This document shows positions 17,952 through 28,148 of a DNA stretch of 64,000 nucleotides, in pieces; positions within the stretch are counted from its first letter, which is position 1; each line of letters begins with the position of its first letter. The notes beneath the pieces were generated by a model. It did no database searches. It was not told where the DNA came from and worked only from the letters and a program-made list of their open reading frames with translations. The stretch is from Bacteroidia bacterium (GTDB taxonomy: Bacteria; Bacteroidota; Bacteroidia; NS11-12g; UBA9320): NCBI GenBank assembly GCA_965216465.1, contig CBDCFW010000005.1, positions 160,001-224,000 on the forward strand. The letters are read 5' to 3'. Position numbers and translations under genes: made by a program.

Positions 17952-18023
17952 TTTATTTAAAAAGTTTTGACATAATCGGAATAATTTTTGCTCTAGTAAG
18001 CTAAAATTGCAGTCCTCTGATAA

Positions 18024-20408
18024 ATGAGATTTACAATTGCCACTTTACTGTTTATGCTGTGCGTTCAACTGACTGCACAAATTCGTGTGGTTAATAAAAA
18101 ATTAATAGGCATTGAAGGAGTGCACGTGGTCCAAGATTCAAGTATAATTACAATCTCCGACGGCGATGGCCAAATCACCTTCGACACTTCCGTTTTAAAC
18201 CATACCAGAGTCTTTCTTTATCACGAAAGCTATAACAGCACAGAAATAACAAAAGAAAAGCTTGAAGCAAACTCTGTAATTATATTAACGCATAAAACAG
18301 AGAACATTAAAGCTATTGTTGTTACCCCTCCACGTCAAAACAGACAGCTCGAGAACATTGCACTCAAGATGGATGTAATAGACAGCAAGACCATTTCTCT
18401 TTTCCAACCATCAACTTCAGCTGACCTGCTTAATCTTGGTAACAAGGTCTATATCCAAAAAAGCCAACAAGGTGGAGGCAGTCCTATGATCAGAGGATTT
18501 GCAACCAACCGTATTTTGCTTGTTGTTGACGGAGTACGTATGAATACGGCAATATTTAGAAGTGGAAATGTTCAAAACGTCATAGCAATAGACCCATTCT
18601 CTATTGAAAAAACAGATATAATCTTTGGTCCTTCAAGCCAGTTTTATGGTAGCGATGCTATAGGTGGAGTACTCAGCTTTAGAACAAAGAATCTTCAGTT
18701 TGGGAAGAAAGACACTTTTCTTTTAAAAGGCAATCTCAACCTACGAGGCAATTCAGCAAGTAGAGAAAGAACTTGGCATGCAGACTTTAATGTTGGCGGT
18801 GAAAAACTGGCCTCGCTATCAAGCATTACAGTAAGTCGATTTGGTGATTTGAGAATGGGAAGCAACGGACCGGATGAATACCTTCGTCCATTTTACACCT
18901 TACGTGGCGAAACTGAAGATTCGGTAATTCAGAATGACAATCCTCAAATTCAACGATTCAGCAATTATTTTCAAGTGAATCTGATGCAAAAACTTGCATT
19001 CAAAATAACCGATAGCTCATCTATTACCTACAATTTACAAGCAAGTACTACTTCAAATATTCCTCGATACGATCGACTTATTTTAACCGACATTAACGGC
19101 TTACCAGTAAATGCTAATTGGTATTATGGTCCTCAAAAATGGATGCTCAATCAATTGTCTTATCAAAACGACCATGTTCACAAATTTTCTGATGAAACAA
19201 CCATTAGCGCTGCCTATCAGAAATTTGAAGAGAGCCGCAATGACCGTAAGTTTAACAGTGAGCTGATTAGAGAAAGGGTCGAACAAGTTGATGCATTTAG
19301 TTTTAATGCTGATTTTAGCAAAGGTCTTAAATCCACACTCGAAATGAGTTATGGTGTTGAATGGGTGTTGAATAATGTTTCAAGTACTGCAAGTGTTCTG
19401 GATATTGATTCACTTGCACGAACAGCAACCTCTACACGCTATCCTGATGGCTCAAATTGGCAATCAGCAGGGGTATATATCAACTTCTTAAAAAAATGGA
19501 ACACATGGTTTAAGTCAGAGGCTGGAATACGCTACAACTGGGTTAAAACTACGGGCAGTTTCGACACGCAGTTTTATCCATTTCCAGATGAAGATTTCAG
19601 CAATCAGAACAGTGCTGTAACAGGATCAATCTCACAACTTTTTAAGCTTAAGAAAGGTGCTATTGGTTTAATTGCTTCTTCCGCTTTCAGATCACCGAAC
19701 ATCGATGATATTTCAAAAGTATTTGATAGCAGCCCAGGCCAGGTTATTTTACCTAACGCTCAATTAAAACCGGAGTTTGCGTATAATGGAGAAATTAACT
19801 TTGATTATGAGTTTACCAAAGCGATTAAGTTAAATCTAGTTGGGTTTTACACCTATCTTGACCAAGCTATAACCACAACATCGAGTACGTTCAATGGAGC
19901 CGATAGTATCATCTATGATGGGGTTATGAGCAAGGTTCAGACATTAGCAAATCAGGACTTTGCAACCATTCAAGGTATTCAAGCTAGCTTTCTTTACAAA
20001 TTTGATTCTTGTTGGAATTTAAAATCAAGTTATACGCTTCTCCGCAGCTCATCGAGTACGAATGAGCCCATTCGTCACATTACACCAAACTTTGGCGGAA
20101 CGTCATTAAACTACAGCAATGAGAAATTCACATTTTCAATATATTCGATATACAATGCTCGATTTGACTTTGAAAATTTTGCAATTAATGAAGTTAACGA
20201 TGCCTTCCTCTATGTTAAAGATGAAAATGGCAACCCTTACACCCCAGCATGGTTTACCTTAAACGTAAAGGCCTCCTATCCTATTCGACCACAAATAACC
20301 TTGGTGGGTGGTATTGAAAACATTCTAGATAAACGCTACCGACCTTACGGTTCTGGTATTACTGCTCCAGGAATAAACTTTATGTTGTCGCTTAACGCAC
20401 GGATATAA
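18024..20408 (+). CDS. TonB-dependent receptor
   Basis: Plug KSQQGGGSPMIRGFATNRILLVVDGVRMN, YGSDAIGGV, AFRSPNIDD, ENILDKRY, terminal beta-strand. Confidence 0.93.
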   Translation: MRFTIATLLFMLCVQLTAQIRVVNKKLIGIEGVHVVQDSSIITISDGDGQITFDTSVLNHTRVFLYHESYNSTEITKEKLEANSVIILTHKTENIKAIVVTPPRQNRQLENIALKMDVIDSKTISLFQPSTSADLLNLGNKVYIQKSQQGGGSPMIRGFATNRILLVVDGVRMNTAIFRSGNVQNVIAIDPFSIEKTDIIFGPSSQFYGSDAIGGVLSFRTKNLQFGKKDTFLLKGNLNLRGNSASRERTWHADFNVGGEKLASLSSITVSRFGDLRMGSNGPDEYLRPFYTLRGETEDSVIQNDNPQIQRFSNYFQVNLMQKLAFKITDSSSITYNLQASTTSNIPRYDRLILTDINGLPVNANWYYGPQKWMLNQLSYQNDHVHKFSDETTISAAYQKFEESRNDRKFNSELIRERVEQVDAFSFNADFSKGLKSTLEMSYGVEWVLNNVSSTASVLDIDSLARTATSTRYPDGSNWQSAGVYINFLKKWNTWFKSEAGIRYNWVKTTGSFDTQFYPFPDEDFSNQNSAVTGSISQLFKLKKGAIGLIASSAFRSPNIDDISKVFDSSPGQVILPNAQLKPEFAYNGEINFDYEFTKAIKLNLVGFYTYLDQAITTTSSTFNGADSIIYDGVMSKVQTLANQDFATIQGIQASFLYKFDSCWNLKSSYTLLRSSSSTNEPIRHITPNFGGTSLNYSNEKFTFSIYSIYNARFDFENFAINEVNDAFLYVKDENGNPYTPAWFTLNVKASYPIRPQITLVGGIENILDKRYRPYGSGITAPGINFMLSLNARI

Positions 20409-20433
20409 AAAAAGGAGGGCGAACCCTCCTTTT
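20407..20433. terminator. Bidirectional intrinsic terminator
   Basis: A-run-GGAGGG-cgaa-CCCTCC-TTTT between convergent genes. Confidence 0.85.
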
Positions 20434-20453
20434 CCTGCAGAAATAATCTTCTA

Positions 20454-21422
20454 CTATTTGTCTTTCTTCTTACCTCCCGGTTTCGAGATGCTATCTCTCA
20501 TGTCGGTATCGGCTTGAATGTTTTTCATTCTGTAGTAATCCATTATTCCAAGATTACCTGTTCTAAAGGCCTCTGCCATTGCTTTAGGTACTTCAGCTTC
20601 TGCCAAAATAACTTGAGCTTTCGCTTCTTGAGCCTTAGCTTTCATTTCTTGCTCTTGTGCTACCGCCATAGCTCTTCGCTCTTCAGCTTTTGCATTTGCA
20701 ACCTTCAAATCAGCTTCTGCTTGATCTGTTTGAAGCTCAGCACCAATGTTTTTACCGATATCCATGTCTGCGATATCAATCGACAAGATTTCAAATGCTG
20801 TGCCGGCATCAAGTCCTTTTGCTAATACTGTTTTTGAAATGGTATCAGGGTTTTCTAAAACGGCTTTGTGGTTTGTGGCAGAACCGATTGTGGTCACAAT
20901 TCCCTCACCAACTCTTGCAAGAATAGTATCTTCTCCAGCACCCCCAACCAATTGAGCGATGTTGGCACGTACTGTTACTCTTGCTTTGGCAATTAACTGA
21001 ATTCCATCTTTTGCAACAGCGGCAACAGGTGGGGTGTTAATTACTCTCGGGTTTACAGAAAGTTGCACCGCATCTGATACATCTCTACCTGCAAGGTCAA
21101 TGGCTGCAGCCATATTAAAATCAAGAGGGATATTTGCTTTATCTGCCGAGATAAGCGCTTTTACTACATTGTTCACATTACCTCCGGCCATATAATGCGT
21201 CTCCAATTCATTACCGGTCACTTTTAGTCCTGCTTTGTTGGCATTGATTAAAGCATTTACAATCAAAGAAGGTGGAACCTTTCTAATTCTCATGAACATC
21301 AGTTGGAGAATTCCAACGCGAATTCCAGAAACTTGAGCTGTGATCCACAACCCCACTGGTACAAAATATAAGAAGAGCAGTAATACTACAACTCCACCTA
21401 TAACAAAAAATAAATATGGCAT
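20454..21422 (-). CDS. floA: Flotillin-like protein FloA (YqfA/UPF0365)
   Basis: [51 protein letters not shown]. Confidence 0.93.
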   Translation of the reverse strand: MPYLFFVIGGVVVLLLFLYFVPVGLWITAQVSGIRVGILQLMFMRIRKVPPSLIVNALINANKAGLKVTGNELETHYMAGGNVNNVVKALISADKANIPLDFNMAAAIDLAGRDVSDAVQLSVNPRVINTPPVAAVAKDGIQLIAKARVTVRANIAQLVGGAGEDTILARVGEGIVTTIGSATNHKAVLENPDTISKTVLAKGLDAGTAFEILSIDIADMDIGKNIGAELQTDQAEADLKVANAKAEERRAMAVAQEQEMKAKAQEAKAQVILAEAEVPKAMAEAFRTGNLGIMDYYRMKNIQADTDMRDSISKPGGKKKDK

Positions 21423-21429
21423 ATGTTGA

Positions 21430-21897
21430 TTATGATTTTAGTTTTCTAACAATTATTCGATTATTTAAAATCTTTTCTACTTCAATAAGGTCGTTGGCTA
21501 ACAGAAACTCACCGTCTGTATGAACTTCTACTTTTTGATCATTAATTATCGCTGAACCAGCAGGTCGTAATGCACTAATTGCTTTCCCTTGGTCACCAAC
21601 AGATACATTTTGTTCATGGATCTTATTAGCCTTTCCTGTAATCTCATCTTCTATGGCAAAACGTTGCCATACCTTGCCCTTAAACGCAAGGACAATCCCA
21701 ACGGTTAAAACCACCGCGGAAGAGACCAGAGCAATATTACCAGAAGATGTACCGTATTCGTTATACACCATTCCGATACCTACAGCAATAGCTATAATAC
21801 CGATTAGTCCAACAATAAAACCTGGAGTTAAAAATATTTCAACGATGATCAGCAAAAAGCCGAACAGTAGCATAGATACAATTAACGCAAGACTCAT
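21430..21897 (-). CDS. Short NfeD-family membrane protein
   Basis: Three TM helices plus C-terminal OB-fold motif ALRPAG; directly upstream of floA. Confidence 0.88.
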   Translation of the reverse strand: MSLALIVSMLLFGFLLIIVEIFLTPGFIVGLIGIIAIAVGIGMVYNEYGTSSGNIALVSSAVVLTVGIVLAFKGKVWQRFAIEDEITGKANKIHEQNVSVGDQGKAISALRPAGSAIINDQKVEVHTDGEFLLANDLIEVEKILNNRIIVRKLKS

Positions 21898-21942
21898 ATT
21901 GAGCTGCTAAGTTAACTGTTTTAAACAAACGAGAAAATACTT

Positions 21943-24801
21943 TTATGCTTCGCTCGTCATTTCCGCATAATCTTCTATTGGAAGACATGCACAAACTAAG
22001 TTTCTATCGCCATACGTGTTATCCACTCTTCCTACACTTGGCCAGAATTTATTCTGAATAACGAATGGAGCTGGATATGCAGCTTTTTCTCTGCTGTATG
22101 GTTTATCCCAGCTATCAGAAATAGTTGATTGAGCGGTATGCGGAGCGTTCTTTAATACATTATTTTCAGCATCTGCAGTTCCATTCTCGATTTCAGCAAT
22201 CTCTCTTCTTATCGACAATAAAGCATCACAAAAGCGGTCAATCTCTTGTTTGCTTTCACTTTCAGTTGGCTCTATCATTAAAGTTCCTGCAACCGGGAAA
22301 CTTACTGTTGGTGCGTGGAATCCATAATCCATTAAACGCTTAGCAATATCTTCTACTTGAATTCCTGAAGTCTGCTTTAACGGACGTGGATCAACAATCA
22401 TTTCGTGTGCCACTGTACCATTTTGACCTGTGAAAAGCACGTCATATCCTTCTGCTAATCGATGTCTCATGTAATTTGCGTTCAGAATAGCTGTTGCTGT
22501 GGCTTCTTTCAATCCGGCAGTTCCCATCATTTTAACGTAGGTATAACTGATTAATAAGATGCTTGCACTACCGAAAGGTGCTGCTGATACAGCGGACATC
22601 GATTGGTCTCCGCCAGTTTTTACAAGGCTATGTCCTGGTAAGAATGGAGTTAAATGTTTTGCTACACCAATAGGTCCCATTCCAGGGCCTCCACCACCGT
22701 GAGGGATACAGAATGTTTTATGCAAGTTCAAGTGACAAACATCTGCTCCAATGTTTGCAGGATTAGTGTATCCTACTTGAGCATTCATGTTTGCACCATC
22801 CATATAAACCTGGCCACCATACTCGTGAATGATGGAAGTAATTTCTTTGATTGTCTCCTCGTAAACACCATTTGTACTTGGGTAAGTAATCATGGCAGCC
22901 GCTAAATTATCTTTGAACTGCTCAGCCTTTGCTTTCAAGTCATTTAAGTCAATGTATCCATTTGGATGACATTTAACAACAACAACTTTCATACCTGCCA
23001 TAACAGCACTTGCTGGATTTGTACCATGTGCAGATTCAGGAATGATTACAATGTTTCTGTGATCTTGGCCATTCGCTCTAAAGTATTCGCGTATTACCAT
23101 CAATCCTGCATATTCTCCTTGTGCACCTGCATTAGGCTGTAAACTCATTGCATCAAAACCTGTAATTTCAGCTAGATCTCTTGACAAGTCTTCAATAATC
23201 TCCATGTAACCTTCTACTTGATTTTTTGGTGCAAATGGGTGGATGCTTCCAAACTCTGGCCATGTAACCGGAATCATTTCGGTGGTTGCATTCAATTTCA
23301 TGGTGCAACTTCCTAATGCGATCATCGAGTGAGCCAATGAAAGATCTTTGTTCTCCAGAGATTTCAAATATCTTAACATTTCATGTTCGGTGTGGTATGT
23401 ATTAAATACCGGGTGGGTTAAATATTCAGATGTACGGGTAAAGCTTTCATCCCACATAGAAGTAGCTGTTCGGTCAAATGAAATTGACGTTCCATTTGCT
23501 TCGGCCAAAACAGAAACTAGTTCTTCAACATCGCGAAGTTCGGTAGTCTCATCAAAGCTTATGCTGAAATGATCAGAACCGTAATAAACATTAATCAATT
23601 TCGCTTCAAGTGCATTGCGAAGAGATGCCATATCTGATACGTTCTCAACGGTAATAGTATCAAAAGCTGAATTGTTGCGAACAGCGTATCCAGCGGCCTT
23701 CAAGTTATTTGCAAGAATTGAAGTCAATTGGTTTACTTTTTCCGCAATTGCTTTCAGTCTTTTTGGACCGTGATACGAAGCGTACATTCCAGCCATAATT
23801 GCTAACAATGCTTGAGCTGTACAAATGTTACTAGTCGCTTTATCACGCTTAATGTGCTGCTCTCTAGTTTGAAGAGCCATTCGGTATGCATTGTTTCCGT
23901 TAGAGTCTAAAGAAACACCAATAATTCTTCCAGGAATCTTTCTTTTATAAGCTTCTTTAGTTGCAAAATAAGCCGCGTGAGGTCCACCAAATCCCATTGG
24001 AATTCCAAAGCGTTGTGTAGTACCAACAACCACTTCTGCACCCCACTCACCTGGAGGTGTTAACATGGTTAATGCTAACAAGTCAGCTGCTGCTACAAGC
24101 TTAATTCCCATCTCGTCGGCTGCCGCAGCTAGATCTTTATAGTTAACTATTGCTCCTTCTGCATCTGGGTATTGTACAAAGATTGAGAAGAAATCAGTAG
24201 ATAGCTCTGTATTAAACACATCGCCTACAACCACTTCAATACCTAGAGGTTCTGCTCTCGTTTCAATTACTTCAAGTGTTTGTGGGAATACTTTATCAGA
24301 TACGAGGAATTTGTCTCCATTTCCACGAGGTTTAGCATTATGCATCATGGCCATTGCCTCTGCAGCTGCTGTACCTTCGTCTAACAAACTGGCATTTGCC
24401 AATTCCATACCCGTAAGATCCATCACCATAGTTTGAAAGTTTAGCAATGCTTCTAATCTACCTTGAGCAATTTCAGCTTGGTAAGGGGTGTATTGTGTAT
24501 ACCATCCTGGATTTTCCAGAACATTACGTAAAATAACTTTTGGAGTGTGGGTATTATAGTACCCTGCTCCAATATAGCTCTTTGCTATTTTATTCTTTGC
24601 CGCAATTTCCTTCATCTTATCTAGCATTTCTACCTCAGTTAGTGGGTCGTCTAGATTTAACTCTTGCTCAAGTCTAATTTCAGCAGGAATAGTTTGAGAA
24701 ATTAACTGTTCTACATCATTGTAACCCAGTTCCTGAAGCATCTCTGAACGTTCTACATCAGTAATGCTATTGTGTCTGTCAGCAAAATTTTCTTTGTACA
24801 T
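21943..24801 (-). CDS. gcvP: Glycine dehydrogenase (decarboxylating), single-chain P protein
   Basis: [40 protein letters not shown] (PLP lysine), IEPTESE. Confidence 0.98.
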   Translation of the reverse strand: MYKENFADRHNSITDVERSEMLQELGYNDVEQLISQTIPAEIRLEQELNLDDPLTEVEMLDKMKEIAAKNKIAKSYIGAGYYNTHTPKVILRNVLENPGWYTQYTPYQAEIAQGRLEALLNFQTMVMDLTGMELANASLLDEGTAAAEAMAMMHNAKPRGNGDKFLVSDKVFPQTLEVIETRAEPLGIEVVVGDVFNTELSTDFFSIFVQYPDAEGAIVNYKDLAAAADEMGIKLVAAADLLALTMLTPPGEWGAEVVVGTTQRFGIPMGFGGPHAAYFATKEAYKRKIPGRIIGVSLDSNGNNAYRMALQTREQHIKRDKATSNICTAQALLAIMAGMYASYHGPKRLKAIAEKVNQLTSILANNLKAAGYAVRNNSAFDTITVENVSDMASLRNALEAKLINVYYGSDHFSISFDETTELRDVEELVSVLAEANGTSISFDRTATSMWDESFTRTSEYLTHPVFNTYHTEHEMLRYLKSLENKDLSLAHSMIALGSCTMKLNATTEMIPVTWPEFGSIHPFAPKNQVEGYMEIIEDLSRDLAEITGFDAMSLQPNAGAQGEYAGLMVIREYFRANGQDHRNIVIIPESAHGTNPASAVMAGMKVVVVKCHPNGYIDLNDLKAKAEQFKDNLAAAMITYPSTNGVYEETIKEITSIIHEYGGQVYMDGANMNAQVGYTNPANIGADVCHLNLHKTFCIPHGGGGPGMGPIGVAKHLTPFLPGHSLVKTGGDQSMSAVSAAPFGSASILLISYTYVKMMGTAGLKEATATAILNANYMRHRLAEGYDVLFTGQNGTVAHEMIVDPRPLKQTSGIQVEDIAKRLMDYGFHAPTVSFPVAGTLMIEPTESESKQEIDRFCDALLSIRREIAEIENGTADAENNVLKNAPHTAQSTISDSWDKPYSREKAAYPAPFVIQNKFWPSVGRVDNTYGDRNLVCACLPIEDYAEMTSEA

Positions 24802-24819
24802 TTTTATCTAAATGGGATG

Positions 24820-24827
24820 CAAATTTA
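24820..24827 (-). promoter_or_regulatory. -7 promoter box of gcvP
   Basis: TAAATTTG on the minus strand, 18 nt from the ATG. Confidence 0.6.
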
Positions 24828-24998
24828 TTATTTCTTAATATCAATGTATATATATTAAGATTATGTTAAAAAAAAAGGCAGTTTTATCCGCTCTCAACCC
24901 AACAATTTTCAAGGGTAAAAAGATTTATTTTATTCGGCTTTTAGGACTATAATTAGGTCACATTATTGCACCTCTGTCTATTGTCAGGAATAATTTTG

Positions 24999-25006
24999 TA
25001 TCTTTG
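24999..25006 (+). promoter_or_regulatory. -7 promoter box
   Basis: TATCTTTG with TTG at 24981 as the likely -33 element. Confidence 0.6.
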
Positions 25007-25056
25007 CTATCTACTACATACAAATTAATCGCGTGAGAAAATTATTAATACAGTCT

Positions 25057-25995
25057 ATGAAGAAGTTGGTTTTATTACTTCTCGCCTGCACGTTTATAAC
25101 ACCTTCATTTGGTCAGCGTAACTACGGAAAAAGATATTGGTCTACCAATGTAATGCTTTCGTCTGCTACTTTCTTGAGTGACTTGGGAGGTAAAAACTGG
25201 TATGGATCAAATGATCCTCAAGATATTGATTTAAAAAAGATTCGCTACGCCCTTGGTGTAGAATTTGAATATCACGGAGACCACGGTTTGGGTTTTCTGG
25301 TGAATGGAATGTACACCCGTCTTACTGCTGATGATGCCGAAACAACATGGGATAGATCTCTCCGAATGCTTCATGTAAGAACAGATGTATTTGAAACAAG
25401 TGCAAAGTTCCAATATACTGTTCCTTATACCGTTGCAGGTGTTGGTGGCATGTACTTTAATGTGGGTGTTGGTGCTCATTACTATAAACCTATGGCAGAA
25501 TGGAATGGATTGTGGTACGACTTAAGACCGTTAGGTACTGAAGGTCAAGTTGCAGACCCCACCCGAGATGTTTATGCAAAATGGAGTCCTGTTATTCCGT
25601 TTGGGTTTGGAAAAAAATTCAGGCTGGGCAATGGCATGACCCTATCTGCTGATATTTCTCTACGTAAAACATTTACCGATTATCTAGACGATGTTTCTGG
25701 AGACTATTATGATACTTTGGCCATTCTAAACAGTACTGGTATTGCCGCAGCACACTTTGCAAACCCTTCTAACAATGAAGGAGGAGTTGGGCGTACAGGT
25801 TTAGAACGAGGCAACCCTGACAACAACGACAACTATTTTCTTTTTGGACTTAAACTTGAAATCCCATTAAGTCAAGGGGGTAGATATGCCAATTATAATA
25901 CCAGTTGTTCTTTCCAGAACAGTTGGATTAGAAGCAACGGCTCTACGCCTAAATTCCGAAGAAGAGGAAAAACCAGAAACCGATTATTCAGATAA
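25057..25995 (+). CDS. Outer-membrane beta-barrel protein (DUF6089-like)
   Basis: Signal peptide, FLSDLGG, LRPLGTEGQ, TFTDYLDDVSG, RGNPDNNDNY. Confidence 0.75.
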   Translation: MKKLVLLLLACTFITPSFGQRNYGKRYWSTNVMLSSATFLSDLGGKNWYGSNDPQDIDLKKIRYALGVEFEYHGDHGLGFLVNGMYTRLTADDAETTWDRSLRMLHVRTDVFETSAKFQYTVPYTVAGVGGMYFNVGVGAHYYKPMAEWNGLWYDLRPLGTEGQVADPTRDVYAKWSPVIPFGFGKKFRLGNGMTLSADISLRKTFTDYLDDVSGDYYDTLAILNSTGIAAAHFANPSNNEGGVGRTGLERGNPDNNDNYFLFGLKLEIPLSQGGRYANYNTSCSFQNSWIRSNGSTPKFRRRGKTRNRLFR

Positions 25996-26003
25996 ACTAA
26001 TTT

Positions 26004-27371
26004 ATGCTAACTATTCTTCTTGAGTCAGTCACTGACAAGATTATTCCTGCACCTATTTTTGAAGACGACACTATTGTATTTGGACTGTTGATGATTGCCA
26101 TTGGGCTCATCTTTTATACTTCGAGTAAAACCACTGGATTTTGGTCTAAATTTTATAAAATAGTGCCTGCCCTTTTTATGGCATATATGCTACCTGCGGT
26201 TTTAACTACTGTTGGATTAATAGCCCCAGAATGGAACATCTTAGACTCTGCGGGCGAGGCTGTTCTCGACGAAGCAGGAGAACCTGTAATGGGAAAAAGC
26301 AGCCTTTACTATGTTGCCAGTCGATACCTCCTCCCGGCAGCTTTAGTCTTAATGACATTAAGTCTTGACCTTAAAGCTGTATTTAACCTTGGTCCCAAAG
26401 CCTTAATTATGTTTATTACCGGAACCGTTGGTATTGTTATTGGAGGTCCGATAGCTGTATTGGCGATTTCTGCAATTTATCCTGACGCCGTAGGAGGTGT
26501 TGGACCAGATGCTGTATGGAGAGGATTATCTACACTAGCCGGAAGCTGGATTGGTGGAGGTGCAAATCAAACGGCAATGCTTGAGATTTATGGATATAAC
26601 CAAAAATTATATGGAGGGATGGTATTCGTCGATATTGTTGTTGCTAATTTATGGATGGCTATACTATTGATTGGAATTGGCAAAACAAAGAAAATTGATG
26701 CTTGGTTAAAGTCAGATACTACTGCTATTGAAGAGCTAAAAGATAAGGTGTCAAAGTTCAGTTTGGAGGTTTCTCGAAACCCAACACTAACCGACCTTAT
26801 GATTCTTGTAGCCATAGCCTTTGGTACGGTAAGTTTCGCTCATTTTGGTGCCAGTCTGCTAGCACCAACCTTTGAGAACATGGTTTCAGGAATTTCAAAC
26901 CCAACCATAAAGAATTCATTCACCTTCTTGGGAAGCAGCTTCTTTTGGATGATCAGCATATCTACCATTATTGCCATAGTTCTATCATTTACTAAGGTAA
27001 GAAGGTATGAAGGAGCTGGAGCCAGCAAATTTGGATCGGTATTCATCTATATGCTTGTTGCAAGTATTGGTATGAAGATGGACTTATCTATGATTTTTGA
27101 TAATCTTGGATTGGTTGCGATAGGTTTGGTTTGGATGTTGTTCCATGCCGTTCTTTTAATTGTTGTTGCAAAACTCATAAGAGCTCCATACTTTTTCTTA
27201 GCTGTAGGAAGCCAAGCTAACGTTGGAGGTGCGGCCTCTGCCCCTATTGTGGCTTCTGCATTTCACCCTTCATTGGCAACTGTAGGTGTTCTATTAGCTG
27301 TATTTGGTTATGCCGTGGGAACATTAGGTGCTATTTTCTGCGCCGAACTGATGCGCATTGTCTCCCCATAG
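26004..27371 (+). CDS. DUF819-family multi-pass membrane protein
   Basis: SWIGGGANQ and GSQANVGGAASAP re-entrant motifs; about 11 TM helices. Confidence 0.88.
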   Translation: MLTILLESVTDKIIPAPIFEDDTIVFGLLMIAIGLIFYTSSKTTGFWSKFYKIVPALFMAYMLPAVLTTVGLIAPEWNILDSAGEAVLDEAGEPVMGKSSLYYVASRYLLPAALVLMTLSLDLKAVFNLGPKALIMFITGTVGIVIGGPIAVLAISAIYPDAVGGVGPDAVWRGLSTLAGSWIGGGANQTAMLEIYGYNQKLYGGMVFVDIVVANLWMAILLIGIGKTKKIDAWLKSDTTAIEELKDKVSKFSLEVSRNPTLTDLMILVAIAFGTVSFAHFGASLLAPTFENMVSGISNPTIKNSFTFLGSSFFWMISISTIIAIVLSFTKVRRYEGAGASKFGSVFIYMLVASIGMKMDLSMIFDNLGLVAIGLVWMLFHAVLLIVVAKLIRAPYFFLAVGSQANVGGAASAPIVASAFHPSLATVGVLLAVFGYAVGTLGAIFCAELMRIVSP

Positions 27372-27498
27372 ATTAGCTACTTAGATTGCCCTTAGCTAGA
27401 CGTTTAGCTATTGACAAATTCCGTTTATTTTCATATATTTACGGCATCTTAGGTCGTATGGACCTATTGATTTGTTGTAAATACTACTTGAAAATTTA

Positions 27499-28092
27499 AT
27501 GGACGACATCCTCAATCAACTAATTGGTCAAATCGGATCCTCCGGAATTCACGATATTTCTAAGCAAATTGGCAGTTCTGACGAACAAGCAAAAAATGCA
27601 TTGGGCGGCATTGTGCCTACCTTACTTGGTGCTATGTCTAAAAACACCTCAGATGCTTCTGGTGCAAACGGTTTGCTTGCAGCTTTGGATAAAGATCATG
27701 ACGGAAGCATTTTGGATGATATTCCTGGATTTGTAAATAACTACTCAGAAGGCCCTGGAAGTGGCATTTTGAAACACGTTCTGGGTTCCAACGAAGCTCC
27801 TGTAACGCAAGGCTTGAGTAGTAAAACTGGATTAGAGTCTTCTCAAATTTCATCGCTAATGCAAATTGCTGCTCCATTAATTATGGGCTTATTAGGCAAA
27901 CAAAAACGCCAAAACAGTAGCCAAGGCTTTGATGCAGCAAGCTTAACAGATATGCTAGGAGGCATGACCAGACAAGCAGATAACTCAACAGGAATTGATT
28001 TAGGAGATATATTGAACATTGTTGGAGGATTAACAAAAGGTAAATCTTCCGGCGGAATTGGAGGAATATTAAGCAAACTTTTTGGACGATAA
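27499..28092 (+). CDS. DUF937-family protein
   Basis: ALDKDHDGSILDD, GILKHVLG, APLIMGLLG, Gly-rich amphipathic tail. Confidence 0.85.
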   Translation: MDDILNQLIGQIGSSGIHDISKQIGSSDEQAKNALGGIVPTLLGAMSKNTSDASGANGLLAALDKDHDGSILDDIPGFVNNYSEGPGSGILKHVLGSNEAPVTQGLSSKTGLESSQISSLMQIAAPLIMGLLGKQKRQNSSQGFDAASLTDMLGGMTRQADNSTGIDLGDILNIVGGLTKGKSSGGIGGILSKLFGR

Positions 28093-28148
28093 AAAATAAT
28101 ACCCACTGATGCAACCATTACATGGTTGATCAGACTAATGAATATAAC

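Noticed and set aside
24802-25056. Glycine riboswitch upstream of gcvP
   Set aside because: The promoter box is 18 nt from the start codon, and no GGAGA...CCGAAG aptamer core is visible.
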